This document shows, one piece after another, positions 10,921-21,077 of a stretch of 64,000 nt of DNA (position 1 is the stretch's first letter; every line of letters begins with the position of its first letter). Source of the DNA: Candidatus Spongiisociaceae bacterium (lineage in GTDB: Bacteria > Actinomycetota > Acidimicrobiia > Spongiisociales > Spongiisociaceae); assembly GCA_965243835.1 (NCBI GenBank), contig OZ251578.1, positions 732,854 to 796,853 on the forward strand, written 5' to 3'. The translations under genes and the position numbers were made by a program. The notes beneath the pieces were generated by a model. The model was not told the origin of the DNA and ran no database searches. It saw nothing but the letters and a program-made list of their open reading frames with translations.

Positions 10921-12024
10921 TTAGGAGGCGAAGGAGTCGTCGAGGAGGACGCGGGCCGCCCAGCCGGTGGCGTCGGTGATTTCGCCGGGGGCGGGCAGGC
11001 GTTCCGGGCCCTCCCATATTTTGATTACCGCATCCGCTCCCCAGCGCCGTTCCACCTCGGCGCAGAACTCCGCCCCGGGTCCCCATTGTCCGGCCCGGGT
11101 CTCCGTTCCGGGTCCGCGGGCGATCCGTCCCGTCGTCAAATCGTCCCGTCCCGGACCCGCCTTCTCCCGCATCGCCTGCTGGATGGCCTCCAAGTCGGGG
11201 ATCATTTCCCCCGACAGGGACGACAGCGCGTAATCAGCGAAGCCCTCCAAAACCGTTATGAAACCGTTCACCGCCTCCAAAGCCGGGCCCTCGGCGGTGA
11301 CCGCCATGTTGCCCGGCGACAATTCGGCCCCCCCGGTCAGGGCAGCCCGCAACATCTCCGGGTCGCCCATCTCCTCCGGTCCGATTCCCAGGGTTTCCGG
11401 GTCCAACCGCAGGTCCTCCTGCATGTCCTCGACCAACCGCAGAAAATGGGGGCGCACCCACTCCCGGCCCAAAATCCCCTCCCGGAGGGTTTCCTGCACG
11501 GCGACCCACAATCGCACTTGCCGCCGGTCCAGATCGTATTCCCCGGCGAACGCCTCGATGGTGGGAACCACGAACCCCATCGGGCCGGGGGAGGCGGTGG
11601 GCAGGCCCGCGTCGAACTGCCCCAACGTGGTCCCCGCCAGCAAACCGGCCGCGGTTCCCATCTGCATGCCCAGCAGGGCCGGGGCCAGGGATTGCAACAT
11701 CGCCCCCATTCCCGCGGGGGCGGAGTCGGCGAACCGTTCCGCGATCCCCTCCACCAGATAGCGGTAGGAGCGGATGTTGAGCGCCGCCCAACCGGCCGGG
11801 TCCAGCGGGATGGGCTCGTTGACCGGGCTGAGGCGGAAAGGGGTGGCCTCCTCCACCCGGTAGGCGGCCAAGCGGAACAGTTCCACGTATTCGTCGGCCA
11901 ACCAGGGGTCCACCGGCGTCCGGGGGCCGGTGATGTGCCCCGCCACCTGTTCGGCCAAAGCCCAGTTCACCGGCCCCGGCTCTTTGAGCAGGTTCATCAA
12001 CTCGTCGAGAATGTTGCGGTCCAC
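10921..12024 (-). CDS. DUF2342-like putative zinc-metalloprotease family protein
   Basis: 367 aa. Overall resemblance to the actinobacterial DUF2342 family (N-terminal LDELMNLLKEPGPVNWALAEQVA). I could not see a canonical HExxH. Confidence 0.5.
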   Translation of the reverse strand: MDRNILDELMNLLKEPGPVNWALAEQVAGHITGPRTPVDPWLADEYVELFRLAAYRVEEATPFRLSPVNEPIPLDPAGWAALNIRSYRYLVEGIAERFADSAPAGMGAMLQSLAPALLGMQMGTAAGLLAGTTLGQFDAGLPTASPGPMGFVVPTIEAFAGEYDLDRRQVRLWVAVQETLREGILGREWVRPHFLRLVEDMQEDLRLDPETLGIGPEEMGDPEMLRAALTGGAELSPGNMAVTAEGPALEAVNGFITVLEGFADYALSSLSGEMIPDLEAIQQAMREKAGPGRDDLTTGRIARGPGTETRAGQWGPGAEFCAEVERRWGADAVIKIWEGPERLPAPGEITDATGWAARVLLDDSFAS

Positions 12025-12075
12025 AATCCGCCCCTCCCTATCGGTTGTCCGCCCGCCGTCGGCGCCGACCCGAAA

Positions 12076-13797
12076 TTACGAGTCGTCCGATTGCGGGTAC
12101 TGTCCGAGGGTAACCGACAAATCCATGGTTTCGCCGTCGCGAAGCACGCTGACCTTTATCTCCCCCTCCGCCCGGTAGCCGCGCAACCGGGCCACCAGCA
12201 ACGTCATGGAACGCACCGATTGGTCGTCCAAGGCGGTGATCACATCCTCGGCTTGCCCTCCGGCCGCCCCGAATCCGGAGCCGTCCAGCAGACGGTTCAC
12301 CTTCACCCCGATCGGGGTCATCACCCCGTTGTCGTCCTCGTCGAAGGCCGGGCTGCCCTCGATTCCCAGAAAGGCGTGCCGCACCTCGCCGTCGGCCAGC
12401 AAGTCGTCGATGATGCCGGTGACCAGGTTGATGGGAACCGCAAACCCGATGCCTTCCGCTCCCACGTCGCTCACGCCGATGGCGGCGGTGATGCCCAGCA
12501 GTTGGCCGTCCCGGTTGAGCAGGGCCCCGCCGCTGGAGCCGCGGGTGATGGGAGTGTCGGTTTGCAACAGGCCGTACAGTTGCGCGCCCGTGAAAGGGTC
12601 CACCTGCAGGGTGCGGTCAAAAGCGGAAATCACCCCGGCGGTCACGGACGGTCCCCCGTCCAGACCCAGCGGGTTGCCGATGGCCACCGTCGGATCGCCG
12701 ATGCGGGCGGTGTTGATGTCGGCGAACTCCACCGGGTGCAGGTCGGGCCAGTCCACCCGCAGGACCGCAATGTCCATCAGCGGGTCGGAGCCGATCACCT
12801 CGGCGGGAAGGCTGCGTCCGTTGTGCAGGATGACCCGCAGGGCGGCCGCTTCGTCAATTACATGATGGTTGGTGAGCAGGTAACCGTCGGTGTTGAAAAT
12901 CACGCCGCTCCCGGAAGAGGAGGGGTCGACATCCTCTTCGGCGGCGTAGTTGTAGACGGACGTGATGGACGGGATGACCTGCTCGGCCACCTCCGCCACC
13001 GTGTTCACCGGCGCCGCGGCGACGATGGGCGGCGTCGGGGCGGTGGACGGGGAACGGTCCGGGGGGCCGTCCGTTTCCGACTGGTCCTCCTCGTCCAAGG
13101 GCAGGTCCAGCAACTCGCCGGAGGCGGCGCCGTCGCTGTCTTGCGCCGCCGGCGCCGGAGGGGAGGCGATTATGTAGTTGGCGGTGGATCTTTCCGCCGG
13201 GGGCGGCCGGTCGAACGCGCCGATTCTCCACAGGAGGGCCGTTCCGGCGGCGGCGGTCAGCAGGGCGGTCAGCAAAGCCACTGCGGTGATAACCCGCCAC
13301 GGCGTCCGGGAGCGCGGCGCGCCGGTCGGCCGGGGGTCATCGGCCAGTTGCTCGATGAGGTCCCAGTCGAAGCGGAGCCCGGCGTCGAACGGCGGTCCCG
13401 GCGGTGAGGAAAGGCCGGTGTGGTCGCCGGCGCCGGTCTCCGCTCGCCAGTCATCGGGATCGTCCGGCGGGGCGGACGCCGCGGCCCGGTGGTCGCTTTC
13501 GGACGGGAACGTCGGGTTTGGCGGTGGTTGGCGCGGCGGGTATTCGGCACCGGGGTCGTCCGGCGGGGCGGGGGGCTCGGTCCGGTGGTCGGGTGCGGGC
13601 GGGGATGCCGGGTCCGTTGGAAGGCGGGATTCCCCTAGCGGGTCTTCGGCGCGGAGCGGGGCGGGGGGCTCGGTCCGGCGGTCGGGTTCGGGTTGCGAAT
13701 GCGCGGGGGCCGGGCGGGGTTCATCCCCTTCGTCGCGGCGGTCCGGCGCAGGGGGCGGGTCGGCGGGCTGATAAGGTTGGTGTTCCATTGCCCCCAT
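12076..13797 (-). CDS. HtrA/DegP-family trypsin-like serine protease with PDZ domain and Pro-rich N-terminal region
   Basis: Catalytic contexts LLTNHHVI, DIAVLRV and GSSGGALLN, with a PDZ-like C-terminus. The N-terminus has PAPD(R/H)RTEPPAP repeats followed by a TM segment. Confidence 0.9.
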   Translation of the reverse strand: MGAMEHQPYQPADPPPAPDRRDEGDEPRPAPAHSQPEPDRRTEPPAPLRAEDPLGESRLPTDPASPPAPDHRTEPPAPPDDPGAEYPPRQPPPNPTFPSESDHRAAASAPPDDPDDWRAETGAGDHTGLSSPPGPPFDAGLRFDWDLIEQLADDPRPTGAPRSRTPWRVITAVALLTALLTAAAGTALLWRIGAFDRPPPAERSTANYIIASPPAPAAQDSDGAASGELLDLPLDEEDQSETDGPPDRSPSTAPTPPIVAAAPVNTVAEVAEQVIPSITSVYNYAAEEDVDPSSSGSGVIFNTDGYLLTNHHVIDEAAALRVILHNGRSLPAEVIGSDPLMDIAVLRVDWPDLHPVEFADINTARIGDPTVAIGNPLGLDGGPSVTAGVISAFDRTLQVDPFTGAQLYGLLQTDTPITRGSSGGALLNRDGQLLGITAAIGVSDVGAEGIGFAVPINLVTGIIDDLLADGEVRHAFLGIEGSPAFDEDDNGVMTPIGVKVNRLLDGSGFGAAGGQAEDVITALDDQSVRSMTLLVARLRGYRAEGEIKVSVLRDGETMDLSVTLGQYPQSDDS

Positions 13798-13817
13798 TTT
13801 ACAAGGAACTGAAATCT

Positions 13818-14264
13818 ATGTCGTCCGCCGCCCCCCCGCCCCCCGCCGTACGCCGCTTGCGGGTGTCCGCGGCCCCCATCGATCCCGGGGTGTTGCTCGC
13901 CGAGGTGACCCATCCCTCCAGCGGGGCCATCGCCCTGTTCCTGGGGACGGCCCGCGACCATTCGCCCGGTCAGGCCGGAATCACCCACTTGGAATACGAG
14001 GCCTACGAGGGGGCGGTGCAGGACAAGATCAACGAAGTGATAGACGAGGCGGCGGCCCGCTGGCCGTTGCGGGCGACGGCGGTGGAGCACCGCACCGGGG
14101 TGGTGCGGGTGACCGAAGCGTCGGTGGCGGTGGCCGTATCCGCCTCCCACCGGGCGGACGCCTTCGCCGCCGCCCGTTACATCATCGACCAACTAAAGGA
14201 AAGAGCCCCCATCTGGAAAAAAGAATTCTGGCCGGGCGGGGAAAAATGGTCGCCCGGTTCCTAG
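13818..14264 (+). CDS. moaE: molybdopterin synthase catalytic subunit
   Basis: GAIALFLGTARDHS...LEYEAYEGA...HRTGVV...VAVSASHRADAF...LKERAPIWKKE is a typical MoaE pattern. ATG at 13818. Confidence 0.85.
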   Translation: MSSAAPPPPAVRRLRVSAAPIDPGVLLAEVTHPSSGAIALFLGTARDHSPGQAGITHLEYEAYEGAVQDKINEVIDEAAARWPLRATAVEHRTGVVRVTEASVAVAVSASHRADAFAAARYIIDQLKERAPIWKKEFWPGGEKWSPGS

Positions 14265-14382
14265 AAACGCCGGGGCCGCCCGTCAGCCCGACGATGCTCC
14301 GAAATTTAAGACGGCGGGGCGAGAATCGTATAGGCTGTACGGGGCGATAACCGGCGGGAGGCGGGAGACGGGAGACATCCTT

Positions 14383-16260
14383 ATGACAGCCTTATTGGAA
14401 CGTCCGGAGACGGAAGCGCCCGAAACCGGGTCCGACTATCCCACCGTGGCCGCCCGGGTGCGGAGCTGGGCCGAGGAACACCCGGGACGGGTGGCCATGC
14501 GGGAAAAGGACTTCGGCATTTGGGTGGAGATCACCTGGTCCGACCTGTGGCAGGAGGCGCTGATCGCCGCGCACGGCCTGCTCGCCTTGGGGGTGGGGAG
14601 GGGGGAGGTGGTTTCCATCCATTCCGAAGACCGCCCCGAATGGGTGATCCTGGATTTGGCGGCGGTGGCCATTCGGGGGATCAGCACCGGCCTCTATCCC
14701 ACCAACCCCACCGCCGAAGTGGAGTACCTGGTCAACGACTCGCAGGCCTCGGTTCATATGGCCGAAGACCAGGAACAGGTGGACAAGGTGCTGGAGTTGC
14801 CCCGGGAACGGTTCCCGCTGGTGAAAACCATCATCTACGTGGAGCCGCGGGGGGTGCGCCGTTACCGGGACGACCGGCTTCTCTACTGGGATGATTTCAT
14901 GGAAATGGGCCGTCGCCACCGGGCCGACCACCCGGGGGCGGTGGAAGCCCTGATGAGCGAGGCCGAAGCCGGGGATGTGATGACCCTGGTTTACACCTCG
15001 GGCACCACCGGCCCCCCCAAGGGGGCCATGCTGACCAACGCCAACGCCTCCTACTGCATTGACAAGGTGGTCAATGTGGACGGCCGCCTGCCCGGCGACC
15101 AGAAGCCGGTCCCGGACGATGAAATCCTCACCTACCTGCCCCTCTGCCATGTGGCCGAGCGGATTTTTTCAACCTGGACGATGGCGGGCAACGGGGTGAC
15201 GCTCAACTTCGCCGAATCCATCGAGACCGTCCAGCAGAACCTGCGGGAGATACAACCCACCCTGTTCTTCGCCGTTCCCCGCATCTGGGAGCGGATTCAC
15301 GCCACCGTCCAGATCAAACTGAGCGACGCCACCCTGTTCAAGCGGATAATGAACAAACTGGGCGTGGCCCTGGCGACCTACGTGGGGCGCAACCGGGTGC
15401 GCAACGACGGCGATTTTACACTGGCTTCCCGGTTGGCGTACCTGCTCGGCAACCCGCTTTTCTTCCGCTCCCTCAAAGAGCGGGTCGGGTTGCGCCGTTG
15501 CCGCTGGGCCGGGTCCGGGGCGGCCCCCATCGCCCCCGAAGTGCTGGAGTTCTTCATGGGCCTGGGAGTTCCGGTGTTCGAGTTGTACGGGATGACGGAG
15601 AACTCGGCCATCGCCACCGTCAACTTCGCCGGACGGGTCAAACTGGGCACGGTGGGCGAGCCCTACCCGGGCATCGGCCTGCGCATCGACGAGGAAACCG
15701 GGGAGATACAGACCAAGCATCCGGGGGTGTTCGTCGGCTACTGGAACAAGCCGGAGAAAACCGCCGAAACTTTCACCGGGGACGGATGGTTGAAAACGGG
15801 GGATGTGGGGGAGTGGGTGGACGGGACCCATGTAAAAATCGTGGACCGCATCAAGCACATCATCATCACCTCCGGCGGCAAAAACATTTCCCCCTCCGAA
15901 ATTGAGAACTCCCTCAAAGCCTCCCCGTTCGTCAAGGAGGCGATGGTGATCGGCGACCGGCGCAAATACGTCACCTGCCTGGTCGGGATCGAGTTCGATA
16001 CGGTGGGGGACTGGGCCACCCGCCGGGACATCCCCTACACCACCTACCGCGACCTGTCGGAAAAACCGGAGGTGCTGGAATTGATACAGGGGGTGGTGAA
16101 CGACGTCAATCGCAAGTTCGCCCGGGTGGAGCAGATCAAAAAGTTCCGCATGATCCCCAAGGAACTGGACCACGAAGACGGGGAGTTGACCGCCACCCAG
16201 AAGCTGAAGCGGGAGGCGATGGAGAGCATGTTCACCGAGTTGGTGGAGTCGATGTACTGA
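14383..16260 (+). CDS. long-chain acyl-CoA synthetase (AMP-forming, FadD-like)
   Basis: AMP-binding motif LVYTSGTTGPPKGAML, plus GWLKTGD and a C-terminal ...TATQKLKR. Confidence 0.85.
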   Translation: MTALLERPETEAPETGSDYPTVAARVRSWAEEHPGRVAMREKDFGIWVEITWSDLWQEALIAAHGLLALGVGRGEVVSIHSEDRPEWVILDLAAVAIRGISTGLYPTNPTAEVEYLVNDSQASVHMAEDQEQVDKVLELPRERFPLVKTIIYVEPRGVRRYRDDRLLYWDDFMEMGRRHRADHPGAVEALMSEAEAGDVMTLVYTSGTTGPPKGAMLTNANASYCIDKVVNVDGRLPGDQKPVPDDEILTYLPLCHVAERIFSTWTMAGNGVTLNFAESIETVQQNLREIQPTLFFAVPRIWERIHATVQIKLSDATLFKRIMNKLGVALATYVGRNRVRNDGDFTLASRLAYLLGNPLFFRSLKERVGLRRCRWAGSGAAPIAPEVLEFFMGLGVPVFELYGMTENSAIATVNFAGRVKLGTVGEPYPGIGLRIDEETGEIQTKHPGVFVGYWNKPEKTAETFTGDGWLKTGDVGEWVDGTHVKIVDRIKHIIITSGGKNISPSEIENSLKASPFVKEAMVIGDRRKYVTCLVGIEFDTVGDWATRRDIPYTTYRDLSEKPEVLELIQGVVNDVNRKFARVEQIKKFRMIPKELDHEDGELTATQKLKREAMESMFTELVESMY

Positions 16261-16261
16261 A

Positions 16262-17341
16262 ATGTCGGAGCGGCCTGCGGGCGACGGCGGCGGCCGTTCG
16301 GCGATATCCCGGATTGCGGGATGGGCGGCGGCGCGCCGGGGACTGATGTGGGGGGCGGGGACGGTCCTGTTGGTTTTGGCGATTTGGCGGGCGGCCGCCG
16401 ACCACGACCCGGCCGCCTCCGCCGGGGGGATGCTGGCGGGCGGCCTTTCCCTGGGGGCCATCTACGCCCTTTTGGCTCTGGGGTTTGTGATCATCTTCAA
16501 AGCCACCCAGGTGATCAACTTCGCCCACGGGGCGATCGCCGCCTTGGGGGCTTACGTGGTGGCCTATCTGATCACGCGGCTGGAAATCCCCAGTCGCTGG
16601 TGGCCGGGGGTCCCCGGCTGGCTGGACTGGATCGCCGGACTGACGTTGGCCATGTTGATCACGGCCGGGGTGGGGTTGGTGTTGGAGCGGCTGGCCATTC
16701 GCCCCATGGTGGGGGAGCCGCTGTTCGCCATCGCCATGGTGACCATCGGCTTGGACATCGTGATCCGCACCATCACCAACGACCTGATCCTGCCCGACCC
16801 GGACCCGTTGGGGGATCCGTGGGGGGCGAGCGTGGTGACGATCGGCCCCACCAACATCGCCGCCACCGAGATCGTCACCATCGGGGCGGCGGTGGTCCTG
16901 GTGGTGTTGGTGGCACTGTTTTTCCGCTCCCGCACCGGGGTGGCCATGCGGGCCACCGCCTTTGACCAGGAGGCGGCCATGGCGCAGGGGATTTCGGTGG
17001 GGCGGATTTTCGCCTTGGCGTGGGCCATCGGGGCCGGGTTGGCGGCCATCGCCGGGGTGTTCGCCTCGGTGTTTCCCCGTTCGGTGGGGGTGGACACCGC
17101 CACCGCCTTCGTGGCCTTCCGGGCTTTTCCGGCCATCATTTTGGGCGGATTGGATTCGGTGACCGGGGCGGTAATCGGCGGGTTCATCATCGGGTTGGCC
17201 GAAAGCTACGCCGGGGCCTACTTCACCTGGAGCGGGTTCGGCACCGGGTTCCCGGGGATCGTCCCCTACCTGGTGATGATGCTGGTGTTGCTCATCCGCC
17301 CCTATGGGCTTTTGGGAACCGAGGAGATCCGCCGGGTATGA
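16262..17341 (+). CDS. livH: branched-chain amino-acid-type ABC transporter permease (LivH family)
   Basis: Multi-TM protein with GAIYALLALGFVIIFKATQVINFAHG, typical of LivH. An N-terminal extension is present, so the start is uncertain. Confidence 0.8.
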   Translation: MSERPAGDGGGRSAISRIAGWAAARRGLMWGAGTVLLVLAIWRAAADHDPAASAGGMLAGGLSLGAIYALLALGFVIIFKATQVINFAHGAIAALGAYVVAYLITRLEIPSRWWPGVPGWLDWIAGLTLAMLITAGVGLVLERLAIRPMVGEPLFAIAMVTIGLDIVIRTITNDLILPDPDPLGDPWGASVVTIGPTNIAATEIVTIGAAVVLVVLVALFFRSRTGVAMRATAFDQEAAMAQGISVGRIFALAWAIGAGLAAIAGVFASVFPRSVGVDTATAFVAFRAFPAIILGGLDSVTGAVIGGFIIGLAESYAGAYFTWSGFGTGFPGIVPYLVMMLVLLIRPYGLLGTEEIRRV

Positions 17342-18663
17342 GGGGCCGCCCGCACCTGTTCGTATCCTACGAGGCGGAGCAGTCGCTGTTCCCGACATGG
17401 ACGCAACGGATCCTGTTGGCGCTGTTCGCCTTGGGATTGTTGCTGGTGACGATGGGGACCAGCCTGGAGGCGGGGGATTGGTCTTGGAGTCCGCTGGGTT
17501 TTCTGGCCGACTCCGACTGGCAGAAAATCCTGTCCCGGTCGGCCATCTTCGCCATCGGGGCCTTGGGCATCAACATCCTCACCGGCCTGGCCGGCCAGAT
17601 TTCGGTAGGTCATTCTTTTTTCGTGGGGATCGGGGCCTACACGGCTACCGTGTTGGGATCCGCCCCCGGCTCGGAGGGGATTTTCGGGCCGCGCTGGGGA
17701 ATGGGGCTTCCCATCTGGATCTGGTTGCCCGCGGCCGGGATCGTGGCCGCCATGGTGGGGATATTGGTGGCCCCCACCGCGGTGCGGGTGCGGGGACTGT
17801 ATTTGGGCTTTGTGACCTTGGGGTTGGTGTTCATCGGGCAGTGGGCCTTTCGCAACTTCTCGTCGATAACCGGCGGTTCGCAGACCGGTCGCAAATGGCC
17901 CGGTTTTGAAATCCGGCTGTGGCGGGAGGAGAGCCCGCTGTTGGACTTGACCGCGGACGGGCCCGCCTGGTTCTGGCTGGACTGGCTGGACTGGCTGTTG
18001 GGGCCGTGGATCAATCTGGCCGACGAAATGTCCGAGGAGGCCAAAGTGTGGCTGTTCGTGGCCGTGTTGGCCGCGGTGTTCGTGTTGACCGCCAAGAACC
18101 TGCAGCGCACCCGCATCGGCCGCTCCTTTATGGCCCTGCGCGACCGCGACATCGCCGCCGAGGTGATGGGAGTGCCGGACGCCCGCACCAAACTGATCGC
18201 GTTCGCCATCTCCTCCTTCTACGCCGGGGTGGCCGGGGGGCTGTTCGGGGCCTTCGTCGGCCGCCTCATCCCGGAAGGTTTCGACCTGTTCATGTCGGTG
18301 CAGTTCCTGGCCATAATCCTCATCGGCGGGGCGGGAACCGTGGCCGGGACTTTGATGGGCACCGCCTTCGTGGTGATGCTGCCCCGTCTGGTGCAGGACT
18401 TCTCCGAGTGGTTGAACCGGATCGCCGAGAGCGGTTCGGGGTTTTTGGCCGCTATTTCCGATTGGGCGATTTCCACCGGCCAGGACGACGGCGGGTTGGT
18501 GTCGGTGCAGTCCGGGTTCACCCCCGGCCTGAGCGTGGATCAACTGAACCTGGTGATTTACGGACTGCTGATTGTCCTGTTCCTGATTTTCGAACCGCTG
18601 GGCTTGTACGGGATTTGGATAAGAATTCGCAACTATTGGAAAGGATGGCCATTTACTTATTAG
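17338..18663 (+). CDS. livM: branched-chain amino-acid-type ABC transporter permease (LivM family)
   Basis: ATG at 17338 overlaps the livH stop (ATGA). Contains GALGINILTGLAGQISVGHSFFVGIGAY, typical of LivM. Confidence 0.8.
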   Translation: MRGRPHLFVSYEAEQSLFPTWTQRILLALFALGLLLVTMGTSLEAGDWSWSPLGFLADSDWQKILSRSAIFAIGALGINILTGLAGQISVGHSFFVGIGAYTATVLGSAPGSEGIFGPRWGMGLPIWIWLPAAGIVAAMVGILVAPTAVRVRGLYLGFVTLGLVFIGQWAFRNFSSITGGSQTGRKWPGFEIRLWREESPLLDLTADGPAWFWLDWLDWLLGPWINLADEMSEEAKVWLFVAVLAAVFVLTAKNLQRTRIGRSFMALRDRDIAAEVMGVPDARTKLIAFAISSFYAGVAGGLFGAFVGRLIPEGFDLFMSVQFLAIILIGGAGTVAGTLMGTAFVVMLPRLVQDFSEWLNRIAESGSGFLAAISDWAISTGQDDGGLVSVQSGFTPGLSVDQLNLVIYGLLIVLFLIFEPLGLYGIWIRIRNYWKGWPFTY

Positions 18664-18749
18664 AGTATCGGGAAAGGTTTTAGGCCGGCGCCCCGGCGCC
18701 CGGTCGACATAAGAGGCCCCCGAGGCCCCCGGAGAGAAGGGACGAACCA

Positions 18750-20210
18750 ATGATCAAGAACAGAACCCTATGGGCGGTATTGTTGACAATGGCGCTGGTC
18801 GCCATCGCCTGCGGAGGCGACGACTCTGCGCCCACCACTACCGAGGCCCCCGCTACCACGCAGGCCCCCGTTGCCACCGAGGCCCCCACCACCATGGCCG
18901 CCACCACCATGGCCGACGACGAGCCGGAGGCGACCACCACCATGGCGACCACCACCATGGCCCCTACCACCATGGCGGAGGACGATGACATGATGGACGA
19001 TGACATGATGGGCATGGTCGAAACCGACGTGGGGGTGGACCTGGAGGCCGGGGTGATCAAGGTCGGAATGCTGTCCGACCTGACCGGCCCCTTCGGGGCG
19101 TTGGTGACCCCCATCGTCACCGGTCATGAGGCCTACTGGAAAAACGTCAACGACAACGGCGGCATCAACGGGCTGACCGTGGAGTTGGTGGTGCGCGACA
19201 CCGAGTACACGATCGACAACCATGTCCAGATGTATTCGGAACTGAAAGACGAGGTGGTGGCTTTCGGCCACTCCACCGGCTCCCCGCACACTGTGGCCAT
19301 CAACGAGTCCCTGCAAGAGGACGGCATCCTGGCCATTCCCCTCACCTGGTATTCCGGGTGGAGCGACCCGGCCTTGAACGCCAACCTGGTGCCGCATGGC
19401 GTTCCCTATTGCATCGAGGCGATGAACTCCATCGACTGGATCGTCAACAACCGGGGCGGCTCCACCATCGCCATCGTTTCCCTGCCCGGCGACTACGGGC
19501 TGGATTCCACGGCCGGGGCCTTGTTGGCCGCCGAGGCCCTGGGACTGGAGGTGGTGTACGACGGGCGCGGATCCATCATCCCCGGCGAGGACCTGAAGCC
19601 GATCGCCGACGAGATCGTAGGAAGCGGGGCCGACATCGCCTTCGTCACCGCCACCCCCGGCACCTTCTCTGGAATCTACGGGCAGGCCATCGCCCAAGGT
19701 TACGAGGCCACCTGGTCCGGGGCTCTGCCGTCCTGGAACCCGGCTTACATCGCCGAAGATTCGGCCATCAAGGACGCCATCGAGCGGGACTGGGTGAGCT
19801 CCGGCTACATTTCCCTGTGGTCGTCGCCCCGGGCCGCGGATATGCGCGCCCTGATTTTGGCCTACGACCCGGACGCCGTTCCCCACGACTACTACGGCGA
19901 GGGGATAGTGGAGGCCACAATCCTCCATCAGGCGCTGTTGCGGGCCTACGAAAACGGGGATATGACCCAGAAAGGCGTGCTGGACGCGGCCAAGAGTTTG
20001 GAGAGCGTGGACTTCGGCGAATTCGCCCCCTCCGAGAACTATGCGGCCGCCGACGCCAACGAAGGCTTGCAGCGCACTTCGGCGGTTATCTTCAAGCCGT
20101 CGCAAGCGGACCTGGCGGCGGGCGGAACCGGCACTGAAGTCCTGGCGGAGGACTTCGTTTCGGACACGGCCCGCAACTACGACTTCCAAGCCGCCTGCTA
20201 CTCGCTGTAG
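18750..20210 (+). CDS. ABC transporter substrate-binding lipoprotein (type I periplasmic binding fold, Liv-like)
   Basis: Lipobox LVAIAC, a Thr/Met/Ala/Asp low-complexity linker, then a body similar to Leu/Ile/Val-binding proteins. Confidence 0.75.
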   Translation: MIKNRTLWAVLLTMALVAIACGGDDSAPTTTEAPATTQAPVATEAPTTMAATTMADDEPEATTTMATTTMAPTTMAEDDDMMDDDMMGMVETDVGVDLEAGVIKVGMLSDLTGPFGALVTPIVTGHEAYWKNVNDNGGINGLTVELVVRDTEYTIDNHVQMYSELKDEVVAFGHSTGSPHTVAINESLQEDGILAIPLTWYSGWSDPALNANLVPHGVPYCIEAMNSIDWIVNNRGGSTIAIVSLPGDYGLDSTAGALLAAEALGLEVVYDGRGSIIPGEDLKPIADEIVGSGADIAFVTATPGTFSGIYGQAIAQGYEATWSGALPSWNPAYIAEDSAIKDAIERDWVSSGYISLWSSPRAADMRALILAYDPDAVPHDYYGEGIVEATILHQALLRAYENGDMTQKGVLDAAKSLESVDFGEFAPSENYAAADANEGLQRTSAVIFKPSQADLAAGGTGTEVLAEDFVSDTARNYDFQAACYSL

Positions 20211-20267
20211 GACGGACCGGTCGGGGGGCGGGGCTTCGGTCCCGCTCCCCCCGGCCATGGTTGCCCG

Positions 20268-21077
20268 GTGTCGGATCAAACCAACCGCTTGGAAGTAGCC
20301 AACCTGGAGGTCGTGTACAACGACGTGGTGTTGGTGTTGCGCGGCATTTCCCTGGAAGTGCCCGCCGGGCGGGTGGTGGCCCTGCTGGGGGCCAACGGGG
20401 CGGGCAAAACCACCACCCTGCGGGCCATCGGCGGCCTGTTGGACATTCACGAGGGGGAGATCACCAAAGGTTCCGTCACCTGGAACGGGGAAACCCTCAA
20501 CCACAAGGACCCCTCCTACATCGTGCGTTCCGGCATCACCCAGGTGATGGAGGGGCGGCGGGTGTTCGTGGAGTTGACCGTGGAGGAGAACCTGCGCACC
20601 GGGGCCTACACCAACCGCAGCCGCGACTCGGTGCGGGACTCCTTTGACCGGGTGATGACCCTGTTCCCGGTGCTGGCCGAACGACGGGGGTCGGTGGCCG
20701 GTTACCTGTCGGGCGGGGAGCAGCAGATGCTGGCCATCGGCCGGGCGTTGATGGCCGACCCCAAGTTGCTGGTGCTGGATGAGCCGTCGCTGGGGCTGGC
20801 CCCGCAACTGGTGCAGCAGATCCGGGACATCATCGTGGAGATCAACCGGCAGGGGGTGGGGGTGTTGCTGATCGAACAGAACGCGGTGATGGCCCTGTCC
20901 ATCGCCTCCCACGGTTACATAATGGAAACCGGCAAGATGGTAATGGACGGCAAACCGGACAAACTGCTCAAGGACGAAGACGTGCAGGAGTTTTACCTGG
21001 GTCTGCATGGGGAGGGGGAGCGCAAATCGTTCCGGGAGGTGAAACATTACAAGCGCCGCAAGCGGTGGTTGAGCTGA
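20268..21077 (+). CDS. livF: ABC transporter ATP-binding protein (LivF-like)
   Basis: Walker A GANGAGKTT, signature LSGGEQQML, Walker B LLVLDEPS. Confidence 0.85.
   Translation: MSDQTNRLEVANLEVVYNDVVLVLRGISLEVPAGRVVALLGANGAGKTTTLRAIGGLLDIHEGEITKGSVTWNGETLNHKDPSYIVRSGITQVMEGRRVFVELTVEENLRTGAYTNRSRDSVRDSFDRVMTLFPVLAERRGSVAGYLSGGEQQMLAIGRALMADPKLLVLDEPSLGLAPQLVQQIRDIIVEINRQGVGVLLIEQNAVMALSIASHGYIMETGKMVMDGKPDKLLKDEDVQEFYLGLHGEGERKSFREVKHYKRRKRWLS

Noticed and set aside
11086-13407. 773 aa plus-strand ORF spanning the metalloprotease-like and HtrA genes
   Set aside because: The translation is Arg/Gly/Pro/His-rich low complexity, typical of a wrong frame in high-GC DNA. It is antisense to two ORFs with clear family motifs. 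The same reasoning rejects these:
- 1746..2714 (-)
- 2645..4054 (-)
- 2578..3948 (+)
- 4344..5354 (+)
- 16232..17398 (-)
- 17302..18750 (-)
- 18768..21047 (-)
- 31274..32683 (-)
- 45790..48168 (-)
- 59934..61502 (-)
- 60419..62665 (+)
- 62908..63891 (-)
13404-14264. 286 aa ORF implying a long N-terminal extension on MoaE
   Set aside because: The extension is antisense to the HtrA Pro-rich region and has Arg/Gly-rich composition. The MoaE homology begins at the ATG at 13818.
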